Below are positions 1-9,858 of a DNA stretch of 34,019 nt, in pieces (positions within the stretch are counted from its first letter, which is position 1; each line of letters starts with the position of its first letter). The stretch covers positions 1 through 34,019 of the forward strand of contig CAYSYL010000004.1 of NCBI GenBank assembly GCA_964435355.1. The letters run 5' to 3'. The notes beneath the pieces were generated by a model. It made no database searches, was not told the origin of the DNA, and saw only the letters and a list, made by a program, of their open reading frames with translations. The position numbers were made by a program, and so were the translations under genes. This DNA comes from an uncultured Candidatus Peribacteria bacterium. GTDB taxonomy: Bacteria > Patescibacteriota > Gracilibacteria > UBA1369.

Positions 1-473
1 GAACCGAGAACAAACATTCTAGAGGAACTGGCCACATCAAAATCTTCAATGAAACGCCCGGTTTGTGCATAAAAATTGAGTGCTTTGGAGTACCCCCTTG
101 TTGTCCCGACTACCTGTGCTTTTTCATTATGATCCTGATGGACGAGAACAGCATCGTAGACCAAAAACGGCGTCACATTTTCGAGGTAATCGACTTTTTT
201 CAAATTAAGGTAATCACGATATTTCAGGCGATCGGCGGAAGTGATGGATCCTGCCAGTCCTTCATCGGGAGATCCCGGATTGATATACAGCAGATTTGAT
301 CCAAAACTGCTGACTGACCCCAATATTAAGGATTCGGCGCCTTTCCCAAGTGAAGTCATGAGGACGACTGATCCAACACCAATGATGATTCCCAGCATGG
401 TGAGAGCTGATCTCGCTTTGTTTTCCAAGACAGCAAGCCAGGCGATATGGAAAAATTTAATAAATTTTTTCAT
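1..473 (-). CDS. ABC transporter permease, FtsX/MacB family (second tandem copy; partial, continues past window start)
   Basis: Not in the ORF track because no stop lies in the window. Hand translation of the minus strand from ATG 473-471 gives MKKFIKFFHIAWLAVLENKARSALTMLGIIIGVGSVVLMTSLGKGAESLILGSVSSFGSNLLYINPG... This is clearly paralogous to the N-terminus of the adjacent 417-aa permease (LTMLGVIIGIGSVILMVSVGKGAESLILASVKSFGNQSLFIQPG). Its ATG shares one base with the upstream TAA (TAATG), suggesting translational coupling. Confidence 0.8.
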   Translation of the reverse strand, partial: MKKFIKFFHIAWLAVLENKARSALTMLGIIIGVGSVVLMTSLGKGAESLILGSVSSFGSNLLYINPGSPDEGLAGSITSADRLKYRDYLNLKKVDYLENVTPFLVYDAVLVHQDHNEKAQVVGTTRGYSKALNFYAQTGRFIEDFDVASSSRMFVLG

Positions 474-1726
474 TATTCTGATCGTAAACATTCTATTGGA
501 TCCAGTTTTGCCGCATTTCGTGCCGGATATATTCCAAATACCAGTCCAATCATGACGGATACCATGAAAGCGACCGTGATTGAGTCACCAGTGACGATAA
601 ACTCCCAGTCGGGCTGGAAGTTTACAAGAATAATTGAAATAAGCCAGGAAAGGAATATACCACTTCCCACCCCTATGACACCTGCTGTGAGAGTTAGTAC
701 CGCCGATTCTATCAAAAATTGAAGCATAATATCATCGTTTGTTGCTCCAACAGCTTTTCTAAGTCCGATTTCCCGAGTTCTTTCCGAGACGGCTACCAGC
801 ATGATGTTCATGATGCCGATGCCTCCCACTAAAAGAGAAATTGCTGCAATAGCCACCAAAAAAATGGTAAGGGTATCAGCCACCTGTTGAAATGTTTTTG
901 CCGCATCTACCTGGCTGATTACTTTGAAATCATCTTTGTTCGGGTCGTTTTCGGGATTAAAAATGGCATGCCTCTTTCGAATAAAGGTGCGAAGATCTTC
1001 AATGGTTTCAGGAATATCGCCTTTCGCATTGGCCATTATAGTCGTGAGATAGTCCACTCCCAAAAGCGTTGATCGCATGGTCGTTATGGGAATATGAATT
1101 CTTTTATCGAAATCCTGAAAAAACCTCGTCCCCTGAGGTTCCATAATCCCAATCACGGTAAAATTATATCCATTTATTTTTATATTTTTCCCAATGGGAT
1201 TTTGGTCTCCGAATAGTTCATCGGCATTTTTGTACCCGATAACGGTGACGCGGCGCGAATTGTTAATGTCGTCAGCCGAGAAAAATCTTCCTTCCTGGAC
1301 ACTCGCGTTTATGGCACGGTCATAGTTTTCATTGGTTCCAATGATGCGTGATTTTTGATTTTGACTTTCATAAGTTACCACTCCCTGATAGATGAGCATG
1401 GGAGCAACGTCTTCTATGTAATCCAGATTTTTCAAGGCCAGGTAATCTTTATATTTTATTTTGTCGATCGCCGTAACAGAAGGCGGACCTCCCTGAGTAC
1501 CACCACCCGGTTGGATAAAAAGGCTTTGATTGCCGAAACTTTTTACCGAAGCAAGGATTAAAGATTCAGCTCCTTTTCCGACGGATACCATCAAAATGAC
1601 GGAACCGATACCTATAATGACTCCCAGCATCGTTAAAACGGCCTGTTTTTTATTGCTTATCAAAGATTTCCAGGCAATGATGACGAATTTTCCGAATCTT
1701 TTGACCGACTTCTTTTTTTCAAACAT
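473..1726 (-). CDS. ABC transporter permease, FtsX/MacB family
   Basis: 417-aa ORF with an N-terminal TM helix, a large extracytoplasmic domain and a C-terminal FtsX-type TM bundle (SERTREIGLRKAVGAT motif region). It lies directly downstream of a MacB/LolD-type ATPase. Confidence 0.9.
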   Translation of the reverse strand: MFEKKKSVKRFGKFVIIAWKSLISNKKQAVLTMLGVIIGIGSVILMVSVGKGAESLILASVKSFGNQSLFIQPGGGTQGGPPSVTAIDKIKYKDYLALKNLDYIEDVAPMLIYQGVVTYESQNQKSRIIGTNENYDRAINASVQEGRFFSADDINNSRRVTVIGYKNADELFGDQNPIGKNIKINGYNFTVIGIMEPQGTRFFQDFDKRIHIPITTMRSTLLGVDYLTTIMANAKGDIPETIEDLRTFIRKRHAIFNPENDPNKDDFKVISQVDAAKTFQQVADTLTIFLVAIAAISLLVGGIGIMNIMLVAVSERTREIGLRKAVGATNDDIMLQFLIESAVLTLTAGVIGVGSGIFLSWLISIILVNFQPDWEFIVTGDSITVAFMVSVMIGLVFGIYPARNAAKLDPIECLRSE

Positions 1727-1735
1727 AGGTTATAT

Positions 1736-2473
1736 TTATTTTTCATAGTCTCCATCGAGACCAATTCGCCTGGAAACTATTTCCTGCCCTTCGATCAGTC
1801 CGTCTTTTATCCGTATAATTCTTTCCGCGTTTTTGGCGGTCACGCTTTCATGAGTAACGAGAATTATAGTATGCCCTTCTTGATTGAGTTTTTGGAAAAT
1901 GTCCATGACCTGTTTTCCGGACTTCGAATCCAGATTGCCCGTCGGTTCGTCGGCGAAAATAACGGAAGGAGAGTTCACGAGAGCCCGGGCTATGGCCACG
2001 CGTTGTTTTTCGCCCCCTGATAAGTTGGTGGGAAGAAAATTAACGCGATGGGAAAGTCCAACCGAGGCGAGAGCTTTTAATGCTTTTGCTTCGTGATTAT
2101 TGCCATCATTTGAGTACATGAGCGGCAGCATCACATTTTCTAAAACCGACGCTTTCGGCAATAAGAAAAATGCCTGGAAGACGAACCCGACTTTGTCACG
2201 TCTAATATTGGCCAAGCTATCCTTTTCAAGTTTCGTGACATTTATGTTTTCAAAAATATATTGACCGCTGCTCGCCGTGTCTAAAAAACCCAGGATGTGC
2301 ATGAGCGTCGATTTCCCGGAACCAGAAGGCCCCATAATAGCCAAGAACTCCCCTTTTCGTATGGTAAGGTCGATTCCATGAAGTACAGGCGTCGAAACTC
2401 CTTCGGTGAAATACACCTTCTTAAGATTTTTTATTTCTACGATATTCATGGGGGGATTTTCAGTTGCGACCAT
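1736..2473 (-). CDS. ABC transporter ATP-binding protein, MacB/LolD/YknY subfamily
   Basis: Walker [13 protein letters not shown] signature [15 protein letters not shown], Walker [14 protein letters not shown]-loop VTHE. The alternative start ATG 2449 ([11 protein letters not shown]...) is at least as plausible as 2473. Confidence 0.93.
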   Translation of the reverse strand: MVATENPPMNIVEIKNLKKVYFTEGVSTPVLHGIDLTIRKGEFLAIMGPSGSGKSTLMHILGFLDTASSGQYIFENINVTKLEKDSLANIRRDKVGFVFQAFFLLPKASVLENVMLPLMYSNDGNNHEAKALKALASVGLSHRVNFLPTNLSGGEKQRVAIARALVNSPSVIFADEPTGNLDSKSGKQVMDIFQKLNQEGHTIILVTHESVTAKNAERIIRIKDGLIEGQEIVSRRIGLDGDYEK

Positions 2474-4427
2474 TGAGAGTTCTGAGAATAATTTCCTGTC
2501 CTTCTTTTAACCCTGAAAGGATTTCTATATTTCCTTGTATATCCCGTATTCCTGTTTGTACTGGGATATTCACCACTTTTCCCGCTACCTGCTCTCGAAC
2601 AATTTTCTTGTCACCGTCACTTAATACGGCTTTTTCAGGAACCGTGATGACCTGTTTCCTTTCGTTGATAATGATTTCTACATTGGCCGTCATCCCCGGC
2701 TTAATCCGTTCATCTTCACTATTGATCAAAATTTCCGTTTTATAAAATATAACATCCTGTATAACGGTCTCGACGGGATCAATTCTTACTATTTCGCCAT
2801 CAAAGGTTTCACCGGCACCGACGGCATCGAGGGTAATTTTTACTTTTGTTCCCACTTTTATCTTCCCAATATCCACTTCGGCTATATTGGCATCTATTTT
2901 AAATTTCTGGTCCGAAATCATTTCAAAACTTCCTCCTGTTGCTGTTCCTCCCGCATTTACGTCTTCTCCAATTTCAACGTTTTTTCTGGAAAGAGTTCCG
3001 CTCATAGGGGCCCGTAGAATAGTTTTTTCCAAATCTTCTTCAGCGAGCGCTACAGCGATTTGATTAACGGCTACCTGGGCCTTTAAAAAAGCTATATCAA
3101 CGGCTCTTGGCGGTGTTTTTTTCATGTCCAGATTGGCGTTTGCGGAATCCACTTTTGCCAACTGCATGTCGTGCTGCGCTTTGAGACTGCGAATGTTAGA
3201 CTCCTGCCGGTTAATTTCGACTTCATGATCTATCAATGTTTGCTGATATGTTTGAAGCTGCTGCTCATATAAGCTTTTTGCGGAACTCACCTCTGATTCC
3301 TTGCTATCACCTGATGTCGTTTCTCCAAGTTCCGCATCCAGTATGGCCTGGTATTTAGCATTTAAACTGGAATAACTTGAGGCAAGCGAATTGGTGTTAG
3401 CGGTAATGTTCGTTTTAATCTGATCAATTTCGGCAGCGGTCAAAGTCGTTGAAACCGGAAGGATGGCAAAGGCGTCCAGAATGGATTTTTGAGATTGAAG
3501 AAGATTGGTTATGGCTTCCTGTTCCTGTTTTGAAAAAGCTTCGAGTTCGGCCGGTTTATAGTTTTGCTTCGACTGAAACTCCTGATACATGGGAGTAAAT
3601 ATTTGTGTCGCTTTATAATATTTTTCCCGCGCTACGCTTAATTTTTCATAATCCAGTCTCACCATGTCCTCTGCTATGATGGATGTACCATCATCGATGA
3701 TGACCGATTTTACGTTGAAGAGTGATGACTGGATTTGGTTTCCCGTGCTATAAATTTGCGCTTCGAGGTCTTTTTTTGCCGTTTCTATGGCCAGTTCATT
3801 GGTCTTCCCAGTATTGGTCTGATTTTTAACAGCAAAATCGTAATCGGACTTGGCTTCATCGACCATGAGTTGAGCTTTTTTTTCGTCCTGTTCATATTTT
3901 TTCTTCGTGAGTTCCAACTCTTTTTCAGCATTTCCATAATCAATCCATGTTTTTTCTGCGGCCGCCTCGGCTTCTTTTACTCCTGCTATCGCAATTCTTA
4001 TGGACTCTTCCGTTTCGCCAGCAATTTTTTCGTTCAAATTAGCCTGTGCTCCCGATAAATTGGCCCTCGCCTGATCAACTTTCAGCTGCTGATCCCGGTT
4101 TTTTAGTGTCGCAATAACGGCATTTTGAGATACCATCGACCCCACTTCCACGGGAATACTTTCTATCTGTCCGCTGGATCGAAAATTTAGCGCAATGCTC
4201 GCTCCCGCTTCGACGTTTCCTGTTATTTCCACTACTTCACGGATATCTTTTCGAGCTGCCTTGACCATTTCGTATTTTATCGCAGAGTTGCTACTAATCA
4301 CTCCATAGACGATTGCTGCTCCAATAATACCTGCCGCAATATAGTATTTTTTCTTCGAGCGCTTTTTTGAAGTATTTATAGGAGTTTCAATGTTTTCTTC
4401 CAATCCTTTCACGGCTTCAGAGTTCAT
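2460..4427 (-). CDS. HlyD/MacA-type membrane-fusion (periplasmic adaptor) protein with an extended coiled coil
   Basis: 655-aa ORF. It has an N-terminal TM anchor (YYIAAGIIGAAIVYGVI), a lipoyl/barrel-sandwich start (VEITGNVEAGASIALNFRSSGQIESIPVEVG), a very long Q/E/K/A-rich helical middle, and a C-terminal beta-barrel part (GMTANVEIIINERKQVITVPEKAV). It is the first gene of the ATPase/permease operon. Confidence 0.85.
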   Translation of the reverse strand: MNSEAVKGLEENIETPINTSKKRSKKKYYIAAGIIGAAIVYGVISSNSAIKYEMVKAARKDIREVVEITGNVEAGASIALNFRSSGQIESIPVEVGSMVSQNAVIATLKNRDQQLKVDQARANLSGAQANLNEKIAGETEESIRIAIAGVKEAEAAAEKTWIDYGNAEKELELTKKKYEQDEKKAQLMVDEAKSDYDFAVKNQTNTGKTNELAIETAKKDLEAQIYSTGNQIQSSLFNVKSVIIDDGTSIIAEDMVRLDYEKLSVAREKYYKATQIFTPMYQEFQSKQNYKPAELEAFSKQEQEAITNLLQSQKSILDAFAILPVSTTLTAAEIDQIKTNITANTNSLASSYSSLNAKYQAILDAELGETTSGDSKESEVSSAKSLYEQQLQTYQQTLIDHEVEINRQESNIRSLKAQHDMQLAKVDSANANLDMKKTPPRAVDIAFLKAQVAVNQIAVALAEEDLEKTILRAPMSGTLSRKNVEIGEDVNAGGTATGGSFEMISDQKFKIDANIAEVDIGKIKVGTKVKITLDAVGAGETFDGEIVRIDPVETVIQDVIFYKTEILINSEDERIKPGMTANVEIIINERKQVITVPEKAVLSDGDKKIVREQVAGKVVNIPVQTGIRDIQGNIEILSGLKEGQEIILRTLNGRN

Positions 4428-4586
4428 GAGGTGTATTATTTAAGGCGAAAACAGCTTACTGATTAACGGCAAAAATATCAATTCCCTTTTGTTTTACAGT
4501 ATTAGTAAAATATTTTATTTTCCCTCCTTTCAAATATGGGTTACAATGCGTTCGCTCTGCTTTTTATTCTTTAACCAATCACTGGT

Positions 4587-5111
4587 ATGTACTTACAAGT
4601 TGGATTGCCCGCTCCCAAGTTTTCACTTGAAGCCCTCGTAAAGGATAATTTTGAAAAAGTATCACTTGATGACTATAAGGGGAAATGGGTTGTTTTCTTT
4701 TTTTATCCGTTGGATTTTACTTTTGTGTGTCCTACGGAAATTCTGGAGTTCAGCAAACGCATCGAAGAGTTTAAAAAACTGAATGCTGTTGTTTTAGGGT
4801 GTAGCATCGACAGTGTTTATTCCCATAAAGCATGGACAAAAGAGCTCGGGGAACTCAGTTATCCTCTGTTGAGTGATATTACCCGTGATACGAGCCGCGA
4901 TTATGGAATTTTGATTGAAGAAAAAGGTATGGCTCTCCGTGGACTTTATATTATCGATGATGAGGGTGTTTTACGTTATCAGGTGGTTCATGACGTGAAT
5001 GTCGGACGAAGTGTCGATGAAACGCTTCGTGTTTTACAGGCTTTGCAAAGTGGCGAACTTTGTCAGGTTGGGTGGAAGCCAGGACAAAAAACGTTAAGCG
5101 CCAAAGGGTAA
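4587..5111 (+). CDS. Typical 2-Cys peroxiredoxin (AhpC/Prx1 family)
   Basis: Peroxidatic Cys motif FFFYPLDFTFVCPTEI. The resolving Cys is in GELCQVGWKPGQKTL near the C-terminus. Confidence 0.92.
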   Translation: MYLQVGLPAPKFSLEALVKDNFEKVSLDDYKGKWVVFFFYPLDFTFVCPTEILEFSKRIEEFKKLNAVVLGCSIDSVYSHKAWTKELGELSYPLLSDITRDTSRDYGILIEEKGMALRGLYIIDDEGVLRYQVVHDVNVGRSVDETLRVLQALQSGELCQVGWKPGQKTLSAKG

Positions 5112-5125
5112 AAAGTAATTTATCA

Positions 5126-6082
5126 ATGTTATGTATGGAAACTTCAAATCTTTATGATCTGATCATTATTGGTGGGGGTTGTGCGGGAGCAAGCGCCGGT
5201 ATGTACGCCGCACGGCTTAATTTAAAAACAGCTATTATTGCCGAACTACCGGGAGGTCTTATTACTACGACTCATCTTGTAGAAAATTGGCCGGGGATTA
5301 AAGCTATTTCCGGACCAGATTTAGCCCAGTCACTTCTGGATCACGCTTTTTCTTATGGGGTACCTCTTTTTAATGAGCGGGTTATTGAAGTGAAGAAAGC
5401 AGTTACTGATGTTCCTTCCGGAAAACAAAGCGGCTATATCGTTACAACCTCTTCTAAAATTTACCGGGCCAAAACCGTCCTTTTTGCTACGGGGACCGAG
5501 CATAAAAAATTAAACGTTCCGGGAGAGAAAGAGTTTGCCAATAAAGGTGTTTCTTACTGTGCCTTGTGTGATGGCGCATTTTTTAAAGGGAAAACCGTTG
5601 CCGTTGTTGGCGGTGGGGATTCTGCCGTGAAAGAAGCTATTTTATTGGCAGGGTTTGCTCCAAAGGTTTATGTCCTTGTTCGTGGTGATCGTTTGAGGGC
5701 TGAGGCTCCGAATGCGGAACGACTGAAAAAAAATCCTGCCATTGAAGTTCGTTTTCGAACGGAAATTGCTGAAATTCTCGGAACACAACGAGTCGAAAAA
5801 ATAAAATTACGATCCGGGGAAGAGGTGTTGCTCCAGGGTATTTTTGTAGCTATCGGCCATTTGGCTTTGTCAGGATTGGCGAAAGAGTTGGGAGTTGCTC
5901 TCAATGCTCAAGGTGAAATCATGATCAACCGCCAATCCGAAACGAATATGCCCGGCATTTATGGTGCCGGAGACGTGTGTGACAGTCATTTCAAACAAGC
6001 CATTACCGGATCTGCGGAAGCGGTAACGGCAGCTTTTCACGCTTTTGAATATATTGGAAAAACACCTGTACTTTTTGAATAG
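5126..6082 (+). CDS. trxB: Thioredoxin-disulfide reductase
   Basis: FAD-binding site IIIGGGCAGASAGMYAAR, redox CxxC motif CALCDG, NADPH-binding site VVGGGDSAVKEA, and C-terminal GIYGAGDV. The ORF track starts at 5060, overlapping the peroxiredoxin gene. ATG 5126 (or 5135), just ahead of the GxGxxG motif, is more likely. Confidence 0.9.
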   Translation: MLCMETSNLYDLIIIGGGCAGASAGMYAARLNLKTAIIAELPGGLITTTHLVENWPGIKAISGPDLAQSLLDHAFSYGVPLFNERVIEVKKAVTDVPSGKQSGYIVTTSSKIYRAKTVLFATGTEHKKLNVPGEKEFANKGVSYCALCDGAFFKGKTVAVVGGGDSAVKEAILLAGFAPKVYVLVRGDRLRAEAPNAERLKKNPAIEVRFRTEIAEILGTQRVEKIKLRSGEEVLLQGIFVAIGHLALSGLAKELGVALNAQGEIMINRQSETNMPGIYGAGDVCDSHFKQAITGSAEAVTAAFHAFEYIGKTPVLFE

Positions 6083-6091
6083 TTTTTATTC

Positions 6092-7375
6092 ATGTCCCAT
6101 CGAATTTCTCCATCTGAATTTTCCCCCAAGAGTAAGACTTCCTCTCTCGAAGCCTTAAAAAAAATAGGGCTTTTGCTGATGATTCTTTTGCTTTTGACGA
6201 ATAGTATCCAGCTGGCTTACATGGGGAGTATTGTTTCGAGTGTCGATCATTATAATAAAGGTGTTGTTGATGAGATCGGAAAAATCCGACAGGATGTCGT
6301 GATGTTTGGGAATGATTTGAATGAGATGCGTAATTTTCTGCTTTTGCCGACGAAAGATTATAGTTCCATGAGCGAGGTTGCATCCATCGATCAGGATTCG
6401 CAAGATGAACAAAAAAGCAGTGTGGCGGAAGCGGCTCTTTATCAGTTTCTGGCTCAAACGACGGAGGAAGAGAGCGCCCAGCGAAATACTGCTGATGCTG
6501 AAAAAACTTATCGATCTCTCATTGAAGATAAAGAAGGAGAAGAGAGTCTTCATCGCGATTTGAGCACTAAAGGTTTTATCATTGAGGCTGAAAAACCTAC
6601 TGCGGATAACTTTTCTTTCTCAATTTCTTCCAAAAGTGATGAAGAGAAAGCCGTCTCTCGCCTTTTTTCCGTTGTTATCGAAAAGAAAACGAATAAGGCA
6701 TTTTTTACCAGCTATTTAGGTTCGCAAGAGTTGCATGGTATTAATCCACTTGGATATTCTTCAGAAATTCTCAAGCTGACATTGGAGAATGCGCCAAAAG
6801 TTCAAGCACTTTTGGCGAAAATTCTACAACAGGAGAAGGCGGTTACGTCTTTTTTTACGTCAGAAGGGAGAGGAATGGATGTTTTGAAGAAAAGAAAAAT
6901 AGGTTTTGAAAGCGTTCCGGGAGATCAAGAGAATGTTGTGTCTTACCATTTTACGAATGAAGCTCATGAAACGGTTGCCAGTTTTAGTGTGCGGAAAAAA
7001 GATGGAACTTTTGTTTTTGAAAACAAGTCGTATGTTTCGATGGAAGAATTGATGCCTCCTCTGATGGCTTTTTTGCAAAAGGTCGATGTTTCTACGGCTG
7101 AACAAAAACAGTTAAAGAGCCGAAAGCAGGAACTGGAAGCTATTTTCAAGCAAAAAGCTTTTGCCGATCTTCTTAAGACGAACGGACTTACGATACAATT
7201 TCCTCCCCGCGAAGAACCTAACAAAGTCCTTTATGATGTTTTGAAACCTGATAAAACTGTCGCGTTTTCATTTGTTATCGAGATTTCTTCCGGTATGTAT
7301 AAGGTTTTGAAAGATGGGAATGAGATTGATCTCTACTCGTTTTTGGACCCGGAAGGCTCAAAAAAAAAACCTTAA
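6092..7375 (+). CDS. Membrane-anchored protein of unknown function; probably the N-terminal part of the downstream LCP protein (frame break at A10)
   Basis: 427-aa ORF with one N-terminal TM helix (IGLLLMILLLLTNSIQLAYMGSIV) and a charged, Ser/Glu/Lys-rich remainder with no motif I recognise. It terminates immediately after the A10 run at 7360-7369. Confidence 0.6.
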   Translation: MSHRISPSEFSPKSKTSSLEALKKIGLLLMILLLLTNSIQLAYMGSIVSSVDHYNKGVVDEIGKIRQDVVMFGNDLNEMRNFLLLPTKDYSSMSEVASIDQDSQDEQKSSVAEAALYQFLAQTTEEESAQRNTADAEKTYRSLIEDKEGEESLHRDLSTKGFIIEAEKPTADNFSFSISSKSDEEKAVSRLFSVVIEKKTNKAFFTSYLGSQELHGINPLGYSSEILKLTLENAPKVQALLAKILQQEKAVTSFFTSEGRGMDVLKKRKIGFESVPGDQENVVSYHFTNEAHETVASFSVRKKDGTFVFENKSYVSMEELMPPLMAFLQKVDVSTAEQKQLKSRKQELEAIFKQKAFADLLKTNGLTIQFPPREEPNKVLYDVLKPDKTVAFSFVIEISSGMYKVLKDGNEIDLYSFLDPEGSKKKP

Positions 7376-7428
7376 TCCAGGGGAAAAGCGACCTTAATCT
7401 TCTGATTGCCGGAAAACATGGGAGTCTC

Positions 7429-8214
7429 GTGGATACGATGATTTTCGCGAATATCAATACGGAAAAACGCCGAATAACTCTTATCAGTATTCCCCGCGAT
7501 CTTTATTATAACGGCCGTAAGATTAACAGTATTTATGCTCTCTATGGGATGCCGGAAATGAAGCGGACTCTTTCTTACATTACCGGGTACTCCATTGACC
7601 GATATATTTTAATCGATATGTACGCTTTTATTGATGTCATTGATTTAATAGGCGGCATAGATGTGCATTTGGATAAACCGGTTATTGATCCTACCTATAA
7701 AACGCTGGATGGAGGTGAATGGGGTACTCTTTATTATCGGGCGGGAGATCATCATCTGTCGGGGAAACAGGCTTTACGCATAGCCCGCAGCCGCCATACT
7801 TCTTCGGATTTCGCCCGAGCTGAGCGCCAACAGATGATTCTCAAATCTTTACAGAAAAAGGCACGAGAACTCGGCTTTGGGGACGCCAAAAAGGTGAGTT
7901 CTTTGATCGGCACGGTCTTGAAAAAAACAGAAACGGATATTAATGTCGCTGAGGCCGTTTCTTATTATTTTCGATATCAAAGCTTCAATGTCCGGGGCGG
8001 TAATGTTTTATCCACTGGCAATGTTTTAAGTTCCCGTTACACTGGAGAAATTAAACGACAAGAGGAAGGATGTGATCTCGTTTCGGCTGAAGACACCGAA
8101 CGCCTTGAATCCTGCAAAAAGATTGAAAAGGGAGCCTATATCCTGGAACCCCAAAATGGTGATTGGGGTATTATCCGATCGTATGTTCGTGGAATAATTG
8201 AAAAAGATTTGTAA
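7429..8214 (+). CDS. LytR-CpsA-Psr (LCP) family cell-wall polymer phosphotransferase domain
   Basis: DTMIFANINTEKRRITLISIPRDLYY... and ARSRHTSSDFARAERQQ are typical LCP core motifs. The same frame is open back to 7330 and encodes the conserved LCP start (NLLIAGKHGSLVDTMIF) without any start codon, so the GTG 7429 call is truncated. Confidence 0.85.
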   Translation: MDTMIFANINTEKRRITLISIPRDLYYNGRKINSIYALYGMPEMKRTLSYITGYSIDRYILIDMYAFIDVIDLIGGIDVHLDKPVIDPTYKTLDGGEWGTLYYRAGDHHLSGKQALRIARSRHTSSDFARAERQQMILKSLQKKARELGFGDAKKVSSLIGTVLKKTETDINVAEAVSYYFRYQSFNVRGGNVLSTGNVLSSRYTGEIKRQEEGCDLVSAEDTERLESCKKIEKGAYILEPQNGDWGIIRSYVRGIIEKDL

Positions 8215-8267
8215 TACTATTGGTCATTATTCGTTTCTCTATTGGTTTATTTTTTTATTAACATTTT

Positions 8268-9065
8268 ATGAAAAAGTTTTTATCGGGAGTTTTTATCGGG
8301 TTTATGGTAGCAAGTTTACCCTTGGCATTGGCTGCTTCGAATACGCTTCCTTTTAAAGATGTGGAGGCGTCTCATTGGGCTTATGGTGCTATTTTTAACC
8401 TTTATGACAAGGGTTTTATCAAAGGGTATTCAGACCAAACTTTTCGACCAAACAATAACGTTACAAGAGCAGAACTCTCCGTTATTTTAGACCGAATGAA
8501 TCAGTATAATGAAAAAAGTTTTATCAGGAAAACTGATACCACTACCCATAATCTTACGCCACTGACGCTTGATCCTCTTAAACTGGCTCTCCAGTATCCA
8601 TCTACCTGGGGGATAGCGAAAATGGTTACCTATCCGAGTTATGAAGGATCGGGGAAGGGTTTCAGGTTTCATTTCAGTGGGTTACCTGATAACTCATCAG
8701 AAATACCTTTAACTTTAACTTATTTTGGTATCGATTATTCTGCAGAAGGAGAAGGCATCGAAGAGATGTTTGCTCCCCTTGTGGCTCCCAAAAGTTGTGC
8801 TGAATTGAAAGCTTTTGGAGATGAAGGATATTTAAGTTTCGCCGATGTGACCCAATGTGAACTGGTGCAGCATAACGGATTTACCATTGTTACGATGAAT
8901 TTTCCTGAACCAGAACCTGACACTATGAGTATTGGAGCGCGTCATAGTGCGCTTTTATACACCAATGATGCCACTTATCCCTATGTTTTTGCCACGGCCT
9001 CTCTTGATAGCAATGTGACACTTAATGATATGAAAAATCTTTTCATGACTGTCACAAAAATTTAA
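8268..9065 (+). CDS. Secreted SLH-domain protein
   Basis: Signal peptide MKKFLSGVFIGFMVASLPLALAAS, followed by one S-layer-homology domain (FKDVEASHWAYGAIFNLYDKGFIKGYSDQTFRPNNNVTRAELSVIL). The C-terminal ~170 aa are unassigned. Confidence 0.8.
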   Translation: MKKFLSGVFIGFMVASLPLALAASNTLPFKDVEASHWAYGAIFNLYDKGFIKGYSDQTFRPNNNVTRAELSVILDRMNQYNEKSFIRKTDTTTHNLTPLTLDPLKLALQYPSTWGIAKMVTYPSYEGSGKGFRFHFSGLPDNSSEIPLTLTYFGIDYSAEGEGIEEMFAPLVAPKSCAELKAFGDEGYLSFADVTQCELVQHNGFTIVTMNFPEPEPDTMSIGARHSALLYTNDATYPYVFATASLDSNVTLNDMKNLFMTVTKI

Positions 9066-9084
9066 ATTAATTCAGGCCTTTTTT

Positions 9085-9112
9085 ATAAAGAGCTCTTGAG
9101 AGAGCTCTTTAT
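9085..9112. terminator. 12-bp perfect hairpin between convergent genes (possible bidirectional terminator)
   Basis: ataaagagctct-tgag-agagctctttat. There is no clean U-tract on either strand, and the hairpin overlaps the rsmE stop codon. Confidence 0.35.
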
Positions 9113-9858
9113 AATTGAGATAGACTCGCTAATCCCATGGCCAGGATAGCGGCAGTTTCCATACGTAAAATCCTGTGGCCAAGAGAAAAACAATGGAGGT
9201 TTAATTTTCGGATGGTTTCTTTTTCGGATTCGGAAAATCCTCCTTCGGGGCCGATGAGAATGTTGCTAGTTTTTTTTGCCAATACCGGGTCGAAGTGGCC
9301 AACACTCCGCTCCATTGCCACGTATATGTTTTTTCGCTTTTCTGCGTCGCATGTTTCGAGGTAATGAGTCAGCATTCCCTCTTCCGAAAAGGTCGGGATG
9401 ACTCCCCTTTCCGATTGTTCGGCAGCTTCGAGAATAATTTTTTCGAGGCGATCTTTACGAATGGTGTGTTTAAATTGAGAGTGGTCGCCATGAACCACAT
9501 GTATATGCGTCACTCCCAGTTCGACGGCTTTTTGTAAAATCAGTTCCAACTTCTCCGGTTTGTTAGGAAGACATAAGGTCAACTCAAGAGAGAATTTTAA
9601 TTCATTTACATTTTCCTTGGTTTCTTTAAAAAGTAAGCCCACGGTATGTTTCTGAATAGTATCCACCTCATAATGATATTCAATGGTTTTGTCAGATTCT
9701 TTTTTTGCGGGAAGAAGAACGATTTTGTCTCCTTCTTTTATTCGAAGTACTTTTGCCATTTGGAAGAAAATTTCCGGCTCAGAAGTATCATCCAGTGTGA
9801 ATGGTTCGTTTTCTACAAGTTTTGAGGTGTGCCGTAAAAAAAATCGGTAGGTTCTCAT
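9109..9858 (-). CDS. rsmE: 16S rRNA (uracil1498-N3)-methyltransferase
   Basis: Size and layout of the RsmE/SPOUT family (PUA-like N-terminus). C-terminal SAM-binding knot motif ILIGPEGGFSESE ... LGHRILRMETAA. Its ATG overlaps the nadA stop (ATGA at 9855-9858). Confidence 0.88.
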   Translation of the reverse strand: MRTYRFFLRHTSKLVENEPFTLDDTSEPEIFFQMAKVLRIKEGDKIVLLPAKKESDKTIEYHYEVDTIQKHTVGLLFKETKENVNELKFSLELTLCLPNKPEKLELILQKAVELGVTHIHVVHGDHSQFKHTIRKDRLEKIILEAAEQSERGVIPTFSEEGMLTHYLETCDAEKRKNIYVAMERSVGHFDPVLAKKTSNILIGPEGGFSESEKETIRKLNLHCFSLGHRILRMETAAILAMGLASLSQL

